Assembly: GCA_035510575.1 (NCBI GenBank)
Contig: DATKGV010000008.1
Location: 4,618-68,617, forward strand
Source: Minisyncoccota bacterium
GTDB lineage: Bacteria > Patescibacteriota > Minisyncoccia > Phycocordibacterales > UBA9973
Direction of reading: 5' to 3'
DNA length: 64,000 nt
A program made the position numbers and the translations under genes. The notes under the pieces are model-generated. The model was not told the origin of the DNA, did no database searches, and was given only the letters and a program-made list of their open reading frames with translations. Shown here piece after piece: positions 1-9,954 of this stretch. Position 1 is the first letter of the stretch; each line of letters opens with the position of its first letter.

Positions 1-233
1 GACACTCCAACGTCCACGATACAATTGGCTTCTCCCGGAACACAAGCCGGATCAAGTGTTGCGCCTGGAGCATATGGCGAGCCGATAGCGAATATTCTGG
101 CATACGCTATTAATAGCAGCAAGAAAAAAGAAACCGAGATAACGCGGGGCCAGTGATTTTTAAATAGATATTTAAAAAATGAAACAGTTTTCATGTTATA
201 TCACGCTTGTTAATTATAACATAATATTGATGT

Positions 234-1616
234 TTATTGGCAATCCAATATTACCTGTTCCATGGCATCAGGAGCATGAGCATTTATGCCAAGAGTATCA
301 TGCAATCTCTGAGCCAAGAATAAAGATGATTTCGGTTCGCCCATAACAACAAAAACTTTCTTCAGGGTGCTGGCTGTGTCTTTTACGAAACTTACCAGAT
401 GATCGGAATCCTTATGTCCGGAATAGCCGTTAATCATGACGACATGGGCTCGAAGAGGTATCTGCTCGCCTTGAATGTGCAGGGTCTTCGCTCCATCTTC
501 AATGGTTCTGCCAAGAGTGCCGATGGATTGATAGCCGATAAGAAGTATCGTATTGTTTGCATCCGGCAGATAATTAATCTCATGATGGATAATGCGTCCG
601 CCGTTGGACATTCCGCTTCCGGCCATAACAATCTTGGGATTAGGGACTTGAAGGATAGCTTTTGATTCTTCGGTTTCCATTGTGCTCTTCAATCCGGGGA
701 AATCAAACAGCTTGTCTCCCGTTTTGATTATCTTCAAAGTTTTCTCATTGAAATACTTTTCATATTTCAGATAAATGACTGTCAACTTGATGGCAAGAGG
801 CGAATCAAGAAACATCGGCATGCGCGGAATGCGATTGTTTTCAACCATTCCATCTATCTCATAAAGCAATTCTTGGGCGCGTTCAAGAGAGAATATCGGT
901 ATCATTAAAGTGCCTTTCCGCCTGTAATTGTCCATTATGGTCTCTTCAAGCTTCTTTTTTCTTTCATTGCGGTCTTCATGATTTCTGTCTCCATAAACCG
1001 ATTCCATAATCAGATAATCGGCGCCGGTAATGACATCGGTATCGGGCAAAAGTGGCGATGGCGAGTTGCCAAGATCGCCAGTGAAAACTATTTTCTTGCC
1101 GTTATAGATTACTTCAACCATTCCGGACCCGAGTATATGGCCGGCATTTTTGTATGAAAATTGGAAACCGCCGTCTATATCAAGTTTCTGCCCATACTCT
1201 AGAGTATCCCACACATCAAGGGCTTTCTTAATATTTTCGGCAGTATATATTTTATCCAGCCCATGCTCGGTGTCGCGCGATAATATGTGCGCCGTATCGG
1301 CAAGCATGACTTCTGTAATCTCTTTCGTCGGTATAGTTGAAACAATTCTGCCCTTAAATCCTTCATCAATCAATTTCGGAATGCGGCCTATATGGTCTAT
1401 ATGCCCGTGAGTAATGAAAAGAATATCTATCGACGAAGCATCATACGGGAATTTATCCCAGTTTGCATCATCGGCTATTTTTTCACCTTGAATCAATCCG
1501 CAATCAATCAGGAATTTTTTGCCATTGCCTTCCAGTAAAAAATTGGCGCCGGTCACAGTGCCTGCTCCTGAACAGAAAGTGACTTTCAGTTTCTTGTCAT
1601 CCGCATTATTTTTCAT
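234..1616 (-). CDS. MBL-fold metallo-hydrolase, beta-CASP/RNase J-like RNA-processing nuclease
   Basis: 460 aa. HGHIDH (HxHxDH) metallo-beta-lactamase motif near the N-terminus and a C-terminal beta-CASP-like region with conserved His/Asp. Organisation is typical of RNA-metabolising MBL enzymes. Confidence 0.55.
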   Translation of the reverse strand: MKNNADDKKLKVTFCSGAGTVTGANFLLEGNGKKFLIDCGLIQGEKIADDANWDKFPYDASSIDILFITHGHIDHIGRIPKLIDEGFKGRIVSTIPTKEITEVMLADTAHILSRDTEHGLDKIYTAENIKKALDVWDTLEYGQKLDIDGGFQFSYKNAGHILGSGMVEVIYNGKKIVFTGDLGNSPSPLLPDTDVITGADYLIMESVYGDRNHEDRNERKKKLEETIMDNYRRKGTLMIPIFSLERAQELLYEIDGMVENNRIPRMPMFLDSPLAIKLTVIYLKYEKYFNEKTLKIIKTGDKLFDFPGLKSTMETEESKAILQVPNPKIVMAGSGMSNGGRIIHHEINYLPDANNTILLIGYQSIGTLGRTIEDGAKTLHIQGEQIPLRAHVVMINGYSGHKDSDHLVSFVKDTASTLKKVFVVMGEPKSSLFLAQRLHDTLGINAHAPDAMEQVILDCQ

Positions 1617-1912
1617 ATTGAGCCATTATACCTTATAACAAGCATTATAAAAAATAAAAAATCCTTCCAATCAAGAAGAATTCCTTATTAGGATTATCTG
1701 AGAGATATTACCATAGCATAACGCTAAGTGGGACAAAGGATGGTGCGGATTTGTTAACGTAATAAGTATACAGCCCCGCATCAAAACTCTATATCCCCTA
1801 TAAAATGTGTTCTAGGTAATACATTTCCGATAACCCTGCCTAAAGTATACTATTGGATAAAAACTCCGCAAGCATTTTTCTAAAACAGCACACATTTTGA
1901 GTTGTTTCAAGT

Positions 1913-2497
1913 TTATTCATCCACGCCGAAACGCTTGTAGTCCAAGATTTTTATTTCTCCGAACCAGTGCTTAATTTCATGTTCAGCTTCTTCGGGGGTT
2001 TCGGAGCAATGAACTATGTTCATCACAGCTCGCTTTTCCATATTGGCAAGCGCCGGACTGTCAATGGAAAAGTCCCCGCGAATCGTGCCCATATCGGCTT
2101 TATACGGCATCGTATCTCCCGCTATTTTGCGAACCACGTCCACGGCGTGAACGCCTTTGACTATCATTTTCACAAGCGGAGCCGAAGTCATGTAGTCAAT
2201 AAGCCACTTGCGTATTTCAGGACCGATCTTCGCCGGATCGGCAGTGCCAAAATCTTTCACGGCATCATAGCCATATTTTTCATAGGTAGTCATAGTTTTT
2301 TGTCCGAGTCGAGTAACCCATTCTTCATTTTTCGGATAATGGTCATTAACTTTATCAAATGACGGATTAAACATTTCAAGAGCCACAATTTTAAGATCGC
2401 GCTGCTCGAAACGCTTGATAACCTCGCCGATAAGCCCTTTGCGGACTCCGTCGGGCTTCAGCATTACGTATGTAACTTCTTCTTTTGGATGCTTCAT
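1913..2497 (-). CDS. ndk: nucleoside diphosphate kinase (with internal insertion)
   Basis: The N-terminal 'TYVMLKPDGVRKGLIGEVIKRFEQRDLKIVALE' segment matches the NDK nucleotide-binding region. A C-terminal 'HCSETPEEAEHEIKHWF' segment resembles the NDK active-site His region. Longer than canonical NDK. Confidence 0.7.
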   Translation of the reverse strand: MKHPKEEVTYVMLKPDGVRKGLIGEVIKRFEQRDLKIVALEMFNPSFDKVNDHYPKNEEWVTRLGQKTMTTYEKYGYDAVKDFGTADPAKIGPEIRKWLIDYMTSAPLVKMIVKGVHAVDVVRKIAGDTMPYKADMGTIRGDFSIDSPALANMEKRAVMNIVHCSETPEEAEHEIKHWFGEIKILDYKRFGVDE

Positions 2498-2567
2498 ATT
2501 CTATAAAAACTAAAAAATTGTAATGTATGCATACTATCAGATTTCCATTAAAATTCCAAATTAAATA

Positions 2568-5294
2568 TTACTGTCTATATTTTTCCATTATCTCCTCTTC
2601 TATCTCGGCGCGGTCGCGGCCGTATTTCAAATATGACAGCTCCTTGATCTTATCAACGATTTCCATAATGCCTTGCGCAGGCGAATATGTTTTTATATTG
2701 AACGGCTTGGTCGGCTGGCCGTTTATGAGCATTGATAAATAAGCGTTGTAGTTTTCAATTTTCATAATATCGGCTGCCGTAAAGACCGGCTTGAATTTGC
2801 TTTCAAGGAATTGCGCATCATCGGCTCCAACTCGGAAAACCGCCATTGATCCAACGTTGCCGAAGACCGCATCTTTTATATTTTCTTCGAGCTGAGCTAT
2901 GTATTGATGCGCCACAGTCAGCGACAGGCGATATTTGCGGGCTTCAGAAAGTATGGATTCAATTGAATCAGTTGTTACGTTCTGGAATTCATCTATATAA
3001 AGATAAAAGTCCTCCATTTTTTTGCCGTACATATCCACGCGCGAAAGCGCCGCCATCTGTATTTTGCCGACAATCAGAAGCCCGATCAGATTGGCGTTAA
3101 TATCACCCAGGCGCCCTTTTGAAAGATTAACTAAGAGGATTTTCTTGCTATCCATGATGTCTCGGAAATTAAAGACCGATTTTTCCTGAAGAACGACCGG
3201 GCGCATAATGTCATTTGAAATAAAATTATCAAATTTGGAAGTTATATACGGCACGAAGTTAGCCAAGCTTTGTTCGCCTGTTGTTTGCTCGGCATTTTTC
3301 CAGAATTGAGTAATAATAGGATTCTTGCAATGCGACAGCTTCATGTCTCGAAAGGCCTTGTCTGAAAGAACGCGCCCGATTTCAAGCAACGTTGAACCGC
3401 TCTCGGGATGTTCCATCACAAGAAAGGCCGAGTTCTTGAAATATTGCTCGAACATCGGGCCGCCGGAGGTTTTCATATCAAAAAGCTTGTTGAAAATGCT
3501 CATCAGTTCGTTCACTACGAATGTCTTCTGCTCAGGATATTTAGGATCATACTCAAGCATGTTCAAGCCCATCGGCCGCGGAGTGTATGCCGGATCAAAA
3601 TAAATAACGTCATCAATTCTTTCCTTCGGTATATAGCTTAAGATATCCTGAATATCGGTTCCATGAGGATCGATATAGCATACTCCATGCCCCATTTCTA
3701 TGTCCTGGGCAATCATATTCTTCATAATAGTTGTCTTGCCAGTACCCGTCTGTCCGATAACATATAAGTGGCGCATGCGATCTTCCGGGGCAAAATGCAC
3801 TTCCGTATCTTTGCCTCTGTAACTATTAACGCCTAGAACAACGCCCTTGTTTCCCATTTCAATCGGCGCCGGCGCAATACCGGCTCTGGCTTGTTTGAGC
3901 TGAGGCGATGACGCTATACCGTAAGGAAAATGGAAAATTGTCGCCAGTTCTTTCAAGTTTAGCGGCATTCCGTATTTATTGGAAAATGTTCTATAAGAAA
4001 AATCGTGGACCAAATCATTCAGCTCGCCTCCCTCCAAGTTATGAAAATTAAATCCGTTGCGGTCAGCTTCGGTAAACTGGTTGAACGATGATTCAATGTC
4101 GGCAAGAATCTGCTTGGCGCGCGAGCTCGTTTCAGCTGAAGCGATTATGCGGATATTCGCTCCCATAATAGTGCTCTTTAATTTCTCTGTAATATTTTCC
4201 ACCGCTTTGTCATTGACTTTTTTCTCTTTGTTTTTTGAAGGGCCGAATATCATTTCCTTGGCAATAGAGCCGAAGCCCTTGGCGAATTGGCGAGTCATGT
4301 TTCCTGCAGTCCGAACCGACATGCCTTCTTTGACATCAGAGAGAACTATGTGGAATTTTTTGATGATTTCATCATCTTCCGGGCATATTATGAATTGAAT
4401 AGAAGCTCCTTCGCCTGATTTTTTCAGCTTGGTAAAAACATTCAATATAATATTAAGCGGATCATGATCAAGCGCATCATAGAGCTTTATCGGATAAACT
4501 TCATGATGAGCAAGCGTAGCATATGAGCCGGCCACAGCCCCGCCTTCAGTAAAAATATTATAGTCATCCGGAACTTCCACGACTTTAGCGTTCGGATGCA
4601 CGCCAAGAAGCTGTTTCTCGAACAAGTCGGCTTTGTGCGCCGGCACTGCGGCATAGAATATGAATTCGTCGCTATTTTCAGATAAAGCTATCTCAAGAGC
4701 AAAATGATTGCGGCTGTAATTTTCCCGCCCTTCGCCCACGGAATGCATGCCGGCATAGAATTGCTCCATCGCTCCCAATAATTCTTTCAACCCTTTTTTG
4801 TTATTTTCATCAGTTGTCGGATCAGGAAGCGTAATTTCAAATAATTTCATATCAAGGGACTTGAAAAGAGGCGTACCTTCCTTAAGCCCCGGAATCTTAT
4901 GAGTGCTTGATAAATATTGGACCAAGAAACGATGGAAATCGTCGTCCAAATGCGGATTATTCATTTTTCTGACTATTGATAAAGTGCTTGAGATTCCTTT
5001 ATCAAGCAGAAGTCCTAGCATTTCTTCCATTTTCCTGTCATGAGCTTCAGGATGAAGGCGCAAAATCAGCTTCTCGGCTTCATCTATCGGTATGAGATTT
5101 TTATCATACATTACCTCTTCGGGTTCATACTCCTTGTATTCTTGAATTACATTACTCGCCAGCTCTTCGTGACTTACTTCCTGCCCTTCTTGCTTAAGAG
5201 CTTCCTCTCGTTCTCTTATATGTGCGCGCAAAAACTCCAGCTCTTCCTGCGGGCTTTTGAATTTCGGCGCATTGTTTAAACTAAAATTCTCCAT
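2568..5294 (-). CDS. large P-loop ATPase of the TraG/TraD/VirD4 (T4SS coupling protein-like, FtsK/HerA superfamily) type with an unknown roughly 450-aa N-terminal region
   Basis: 908 aa. Walker A 'GQTGTGKTT', Walker B-like 'LYIDEFQN', and a following 'TVAHQ' motif typical of T4SS DNA-transfer ATPases. N-terminal half has no recognisable motif. Confidence 0.45.
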   Translation of the reverse strand: MENFSLNNAPKFKSPQEELEFLRAHIREREEALKQEGQEVSHEELASNVIQEYKEYEPEEVMYDKNLIPIDEAEKLILRLHPEAHDRKMEEMLGLLLDKGISSTLSIVRKMNNPHLDDDFHRFLVQYLSSTHKIPGLKEGTPLFKSLDMKLFEITLPDPTTDENNKKGLKELLGAMEQFYAGMHSVGEGRENYSRNHFALEIALSENSDEFIFYAAVPAHKADLFEKQLLGVHPNAKVVEVPDDYNIFTEGGAVAGSYATLAHHEVYPIKLYDALDHDPLNIILNVFTKLKKSGEGASIQFIICPEDDEIIKKFHIVLSDVKEGMSVRTAGNMTRQFAKGFGSIAKEMIFGPSKNKEKKVNDKAVENITEKLKSTIMGANIRIIASAETSSRAKQILADIESSFNQFTEADRNGFNFHNLEGGELNDLVHDFSYRTFSNKYGMPLNLKELATIFHFPYGIASSPQLKQARAGIAPAPIEMGNKGVVLGVNSYRGKDTEVHFAPEDRMRHLYVIGQTGTGKTTIMKNMIAQDIEMGHGVCYIDPHGTDIQDILSYIPKERIDDVIYFDPAYTPRPMGLNMLEYDPKYPEQKTFVVNELMSIFNKLFDMKTSGGPMFEQYFKNSAFLVMEHPESGSTLLEIGRVLSDKAFRDMKLSHCKNPIITQFWKNAEQTTGEQSLANFVPYITSKFDNFISNDIMRPVVLQEKSVFNFRDIMDSKKILLVNLSKGRLGDINANLIGLLIVGKIQMAALSRVDMYGKKMEDFYLYIDEFQNVTTDSIESILSEARKYRLSLTVAHQYIAQLEENIKDAVFGNVGSMAVFRVGADDAQFLESKFKPVFTAADIMKIENYNAYLSMLINGQPTKPFNIKTYSPAQGIMEIVDKIKELSYLKYGRDRAEIEEEIMEKYRQ

Positions 5295-5472
5295 TGAGAA
5301 TATTATATCACATAATAAAAAGCAAAATATCTAAAAAAGAGGCTTGCGAGCGCGTCGGTGAGAATAAAAGCAATATAATTAAAAATGGGCTTATGAGCTC
5401 GACGGAGCGAATAGTGAGCAAATTTTCAGCAGAAAATTTGTGTGCCATTTTTAAGTATATTGCTTTTTGAAT

Positions 5473-6240
5473 TTATATTTCAGTCAAAATTTCCGCTTCA
5501 CCTTCTGTTATAAGTATCGTATGTTCAAAATGCGCGGAGCGCGAGCCATCGGCTGTCTTAACCGTATAGCCGTCATCCGAGCTTATGATATCCGCCTTGC
5601 CGATATTTATCATCGGTTCAATGGCTATGACCATTCCAGGAATTAATTTCTGCCCATGCCCAGCTTTGCCATAATTTGGAACATAAGGATCTTCATGAAT
5701 TTTTATGCCAACTCCATGTCCGGCAAGTTCGCGAACTATGCCATATCTTTTATTTATAAATTGTTCAATGGCATGGCCAACATCTCCAACAGTATTTCCA
5801 CCACGCGCCATATCTATACCAACCATTAATGCTTCTTTAGTGTCATACATAAGCTTCTCTGATTTTTTATCAGTTTTTCCGACCGGCACAGTCACGGCAT
5901 GATCAGTAAATAGTCCTTTATGCTTGATCCCAAGATCAAGCGAAACAATATCGCCAGCTTTCAAAATTTTATTTCTGCTTGGAATTCCATGAACAACTTC
6001 GTTATTTACCGAAATACAAATTGAAGCAGGAAATGCGCGTGATACGCCGTCCGGCTTATAATTCAAAAATGCCGGTTCATCTTCAAGTTCTTTTATTAAA
6101 TCATAAGCATACTTATCAAGTTCAAATGTTGAAATCCCCGGCGCAACTTTTTTTGCAACCTTCGCCAAAACAGCCGCCAAGCGCTTTCCACCTTCTCTTA
6201 TAATATTTATTTGTTCTTTTGTTTTTATAATAACTGACAT
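5473..6240 (-). CDS. map: methionine aminopeptidase type I
   Basis: 255 aa with the conserved metal-ligand pattern (D..D, H, E, E) and 'VHGIP' / 'GHGVG' motifs of MetAP-I. Confidence 0.85.
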   Translation of the reverse strand: MSVIIKTKEQINIIREGGKRLAAVLAKVAKKVAPGISTFELDKYAYDLIKELEDEPAFLNYKPDGVSRAFPASICISVNNEVVHGIPSRNKILKAGDIVSLDLGIKHKGLFTDHAVTVPVGKTDKKSEKLMYDTKEALMVGIDMARGGNTVGDVGHAIEQFINKRYGIVRELAGHGVGIKIHEDPYVPNYGKAGHGQKLIPGMVIAIEPMINIGKADIISSDDGYTVKTADGSRSAHFEHTILITEGEAEILTEI

Positions 6241-6277
6241 ATTTTTATACTAACCAAATAAGCCCCACTTTGCAAAC

Positions 6278-7963
6278 CTAATAAACTTCTTGTTGATAAC
6301 ATTTTTCACAGTAAACAATTTCGGGTCTATCTGGTGCATAGCTTGTCTCAAATTCAACTTGGCATTTTCCTTCATGATTAGGATGCTTTTTATCGCACAT
6401 ACATTGCCTTTGCCAAAGTTTAGATGGTCCACGAAGTTTGAATCTATTTTCTAAACGACAAAAGAAACAATGCCTTGGTATTGGAATTTTCCATTTTTTA
6501 TAAAAATTTAATTCTTCATTTACTATTTTGTAATTTCTTTTGCAAATTAAACATTCAAGAATTTCATCTGTAATTGAATCTGATATATCGTTAATATTAT
6601 CTGAGACTTCAAAAAGAGTAGTTTTTCCTCTTGTTTGTTGAATATTATTCTGCCAACGAAACCCTTTTCTTAAAACATTTTCTTTTGAAAGTGGAAAGTA
6701 AAGCATCGCCATTGATTCATTATAAGCAAAAGAAGACATAGACATTGGGAAAAATTCTCCCCATTCCCCTGTTTTTTTCATATACTCTATAATTTTATTT
6801 TTAAGTTCAAAATATTCATCTTTTGTATATTCTTTATTAAAGATAGAATATTTACAATGCTTTAATCCCACACAACCAAAACATTCCTGACATGACATAC
6901 AAAAGTCAGAATAAAGAACATCCAAACTTTTCCAAACATAATTAACAAATAATGCTCGGGTTGAATGATCTGGAGTTATTCCTTCATAGCATTGTTCGAG
7001 TTCCCCGCCAACCGATAAATCATAGCTGTCTTTTTGGGTATCTCCATTTTCAATATATCTGCTATTTTCAAGTCTTCTAGTGTGAAAAGCATCTTTAGAA
7101 TTTTTACTATTTGCCAAATTATTTCCAGTGCAATTTAAACAATTATTGAAATTGGCATATTTTCTAGGCTGTTTTATAATAAATTCATTAAATTGTTTTT
7201 TAGCTTTTTCTACACCAGTCCAACTATCAAGCGAATAGTTAGCTATTATTTTTTCATATTCTTCTTTTACATATTGTTTATTTAAAATATTAAATTTTTT
7301 ATTTCGAAGTCCTACACACATAAAACAGTTACTGCATCCTCGGCAATCGTAACAAAAAATACAATTCACCAGTGTATTTGAATCTTGAATATATTTTGAA
7401 CCAAAACAATCCTGACTATACAGAGCTTCATAAAGACCTTCGCTTTTACTCATAATTCCCATACTATCCACAATATCTTTCGCATCAACTCCATATGCAA
7501 AATACATGCAATTTTCAATTTTCCAAGAAACTATTGTCATATAACAATCTTTACTGTAAACAACATCTTGAGTATATTCACAATTAGTACTGCCAATAGT
7601 ATTATCATTTACTAATGCCAAAGTAGGAATTTTCATGCGAAATTCATTAAATTGTTCAAAGAATGGTTTAGAAAAATCAAAACTCTGAGCGTATTTCTTT
7701 GGATCCCATATATCACCCCACCAACATTTATTGCAATAAATTATTTGTGGATTATCTGGAGAATAAATTGAAATTATATTTCTTTTGCATAAATCGCAAG
7801 TACGATTATAAAAAATAAATTCATTTCGCCATGAAAGTCTTCTTTGGCTTCTGCATTCTGGGCACCAAGTAGGTGCTGGAACCTTTATTTTCTCATAAAA
7901 AGAAAAGTCGTCTGGCTCAATTATAAAGTCTTTTTTGCAATTCTGGCAATTCCTAGTTTCCAT
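6278..7963 (-). CDS. cysteine-rich multi-zinc-ribbon protein of unknown function
   Basis: 561 aa with more than 40 Cys arranged as repeated CxxC pairs. N- and C-termini carry similar CxxC...FYxKxKxPxPxxCxxCR modules. The centre carries repeated C..C..C..C.GL modules. Confidence 0.5.
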   Translation of the reverse strand: METRNCQNCKKDFIIEPDDFSFYEKIKVPAPTWCPECRSQRRLSWRNEFIFYNRTCDLCKRNIISIYSPDNPQIIYCNKCWWGDIWDPKKYAQSFDFSKPFFEQFNEFRMKIPTLALVNDNTIGSTNCEYTQDVVYSKDCYMTIVSWKIENCMYFAYGVDAKDIVDSMGIMSKSEGLYEALYSQDCFGSKYIQDSNTLVNCIFCYDCRGCSNCFMCVGLRNKKFNILNKQYVKEEYEKIIANYSLDSWTGVEKAKKQFNEFIIKQPRKYANFNNCLNCTGNNLANSKNSKDAFHTRRLENSRYIENGDTQKDSYDLSVGGELEQCYEGITPDHSTRALFVNYVWKSLDVLYSDFCMSCQECFGCVGLKHCKYSIFNKEYTKDEYFELKNKIIEYMKKTGEWGEFFPMSMSSFAYNESMAMLYFPLSKENVLRKGFRWQNNIQQTRGKTTLFEVSDNINDISDSITDEILECLICKRNYKIVNEELNFYKKWKIPIPRHCFFCRLENRFKLRGPSKLWQRQCMCDKKHPNHEGKCQVEFETSYAPDRPEIVYCEKCYQQEVY

Positions 7964-8042
7964 AACACCATTATATCAAAGTATAAATAAAATACCTTAT
8001 AATCACTTTGAACGATCGTCTAATTAGGTTATAATAAGAAAT

Positions 8043-8525
8043 ATGAATATTATACAAGAAACACTGCATACTATTAGTAATTATCCTGGCGGATACAGGA
8101 TGATTTATGACTTAATATATAAAGAAAGGAATAAACCAAAGAATAATGGGCAAGTACTTAGAAATACATTATCAAAAATGAAAAAACGTGGATTACTTTC
8201 TAATGAAAAAGGTGTTTGGAAAATCACACCAGAAGGAAAGATTTTCTTAAAAAATGAGAATGTATCATTGATTAAATTTTCAGATTCAAAAAATAAAAAC
8301 AATAAACTTCCCAAAACAACGATGGTAGTTTTTGATATTCCTGAAAAGAAAAGGCTTTACCGTAACTGGCTTCGCAATGAACTTGTTGGCTTTGGATTTA
8401 CACTTATTCAAAAAAGTGTATGGTTTGGTCCAGCACTTCCAAAAGAATTTATATCTTATCTATCGGATCGTAAAATATTGGAATATGTAAGATTCTTTAA
8501 AGTTACAGAGAATGATCTAATTTAA
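8043..8525 (+). CDS. small putative DNA-binding protein, paralog A (wHTH-like N-terminus with a conserved 'DIPE..KR...R..L...F..IQKSVWFGP' C-terminal module)
   Basis: 160 aa. A clear paralog of the ORF at 33894-34394 shares 'V/LFDIPEKK', 'IQKSVW(F/V)GP' and 'LPKEFI(S/D)Y'. The C-terminal module is loosely reminiscent of Cas2/PaaX-type folds (tentative). Confidence 0.5.
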   Translation: MNIIQETLHTISNYPGGYRMIYDLIYKERNKPKNNGQVLRNTLSKMKKRGLLSNEKGVWKITPEGKIFLKNENVSLIKFSDSKNKNNKLPKTTMVVFDIPEKKRLYRNWLRNELVGFGFTLIQKSVWFGPALPKEFISYLSDRKILEYVRFFKVTENDLI

Positions 8526-8618
8526 ATTTATTAAATATGTTTATAACTTGTATAGACGATCGTCTGATTTGGTTATAAGTTATAATTATGATTTATATAA
8601 AGTATATTAAGAAAAATT

Positions 8619-9305
8619 TTATTTTATCACAGTCCCTATAAATTCCTTATTGTCAATATAGTTCTTGAGATTTTCCATGTTTCTGCCGTTTACAATGACA
8701 ACTTCAAGAGAAAGCGACTCGGCTTTCTCGGCTGCAATCGGGTCAAAAGGCGAACTTAATCCCGGATTCCATTCTTTGGGCAGCAGAGCGCGGAAATCTT
8801 TCCACGAACTTTCTTTTATCATTTTCGCGTCTGGATATATTTTGGGATCCTTGTCATAAGCATGATCAATGTTTGAAAGATTTATTATTCTTTTGACATT
8901 AAGCTGTTCGGCAATGACAACAGCGTCATAATCGCTGCTCCATCCCGGCTTCCATCCGGCGCCGATCATAATCGGCCTATCGGTCTCAGGAACTATGTTT
9001 GGGTCTATAATAATATCTGAATGCGCAAGAGAACCGAATATCAGGCGCATAAATTCCGCATTCAGGCGAGTCGCATAAATGCCGAGCCAATCAAGGGAAC
9101 TGGAAGAAGATTCTGAAACGTCGCTGAGCGCTTTTTGATAGCGCCTGCAGGTCTTGCCGCCGCCGGTAATAATAACAAAGTGATACCCTTTATTCACATA
9201 TTCTTTAATAGTCGAAACAAAAGATTTTAAAAAATCAGCATCTATCTGGTCTGGAACTATGAGCGAACCGCCGAGAGATATGACAATGTGTTCTTTTTTG
9301 TCCAT
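8619..9305 (-). CDS. pyrH: UMP kinase, archaeal-type amino-acid-kinase family
   Basis: 228 aa with 'VISLGGSLI' and 'VIITGGG' motifs of the carbamate/UMP kinase fold. Located next to adk. Confidence 0.6.
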   Translation of the reverse strand: MDKKEHIVISLGGSLIVPDQIDADFLKSFVSTIKEYVNKGYHFVIITGGGKTCRRYQKALSDVSESSSSSLDWLGIYATRLNAEFMRLIFGSLAHSDIIIDPNIVPETDRPIMIGAGWKPGWSSDYDAVVIAEQLNVKRIINLSNIDHAYDKDPKIYPDAKMIKESSWKDFRALLPKEWNPGLSSPFDPIAAEKAESLSLEVVIVNGRNMENLKNYIDNKEFIGTVIK

Positions 9306-9306
9306 A

Positions 9307-9897
9307 TTATATCCCGAGCTTTGAAATTAATTCTTTATAGACATCCGGAATAGATTGTTCGCCGTTGATTGTGTAAATTGTGTAGCCATCTTTTCCTTTG
9401 AAATAATTCATAGATGGAATCACATTTTTTACATATTCGTCAAAGCGATTAGCGATGCCTTCATCTGTGTCATCAGTTCTGCCGCGCAATTTCATGCGCC
9501 TGACAGCTTCTTCTTTGCTTAATTCTATGTATATGACTTTTACATCTCCGCGATTATAAAATTTCATCGCTTTTTCAAAAGCTTCTGATTGCGGAATCGT
9601 ACGGGGAAAACCGTCGGCAATAAGCGAGGTATTTTCTTTAAGATTCGTGGTTAGAATATTTGTAAACAAGCTTATAGTAAGGAAGTCCGGCTGCAAATAT
9701 CCTTTTTCAAGAATATCTTTGATAATCGTGGAAGTGTAGCTTCCGCTTTCAATAATTTTCCTATATTCCGCCCCTACTGAGGTGCATAAGACATCATCTG
9801 AAAGATTTTTCTCTTTCAAATATTTTTGCAAAAGCTCCGCTTGCGTTCCCTTGCCGGAACCGACAATGCCAAAAAATATAAATGTGTATGGCTTCAT
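9307..9897 (-). CDS. adk: adenylate kinase
   Basis: P-loop 'GIVGSGKGTQAELL' near the N-terminus. Canonical position immediately downstream of secY. Confidence 0.7.
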   Translation of the reverse strand: MKPYTFIFFGIVGSGKGTQAELLQKYLKEKNLSDDVLCTSVGAEYRKIIESGSYTSTIIKDILEKGYLQPDFLTISLFTNILTTNLKENTSLIADGFPRTIPQSEAFEKAMKFYNRGDVKVIYIELSKEEAVRRMKLRGRTDDTDEGIANRFDEYVKNVIPSMNYFKGKDGYTIYTINGEQSIPDVYKELISKLGI

Positions 9898-9954
9898 GTT
9901 TTTATTATATCCTGTAGTGAAATTTTTAATAAAATTCTACTACAGGATTATATG

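Noticed and set aside
8043-8525. Calling the paralog pair bona fide Cas2
   Set aside because: The resemblance is limited to a beta-strand/helix/beta-strand pattern (DIPE...KR...SVW). Cas2 lacks an N-terminal wHTH and no Cas1 or other cas genes are present, so the pair is reported only as Cas2/PaaX-like.
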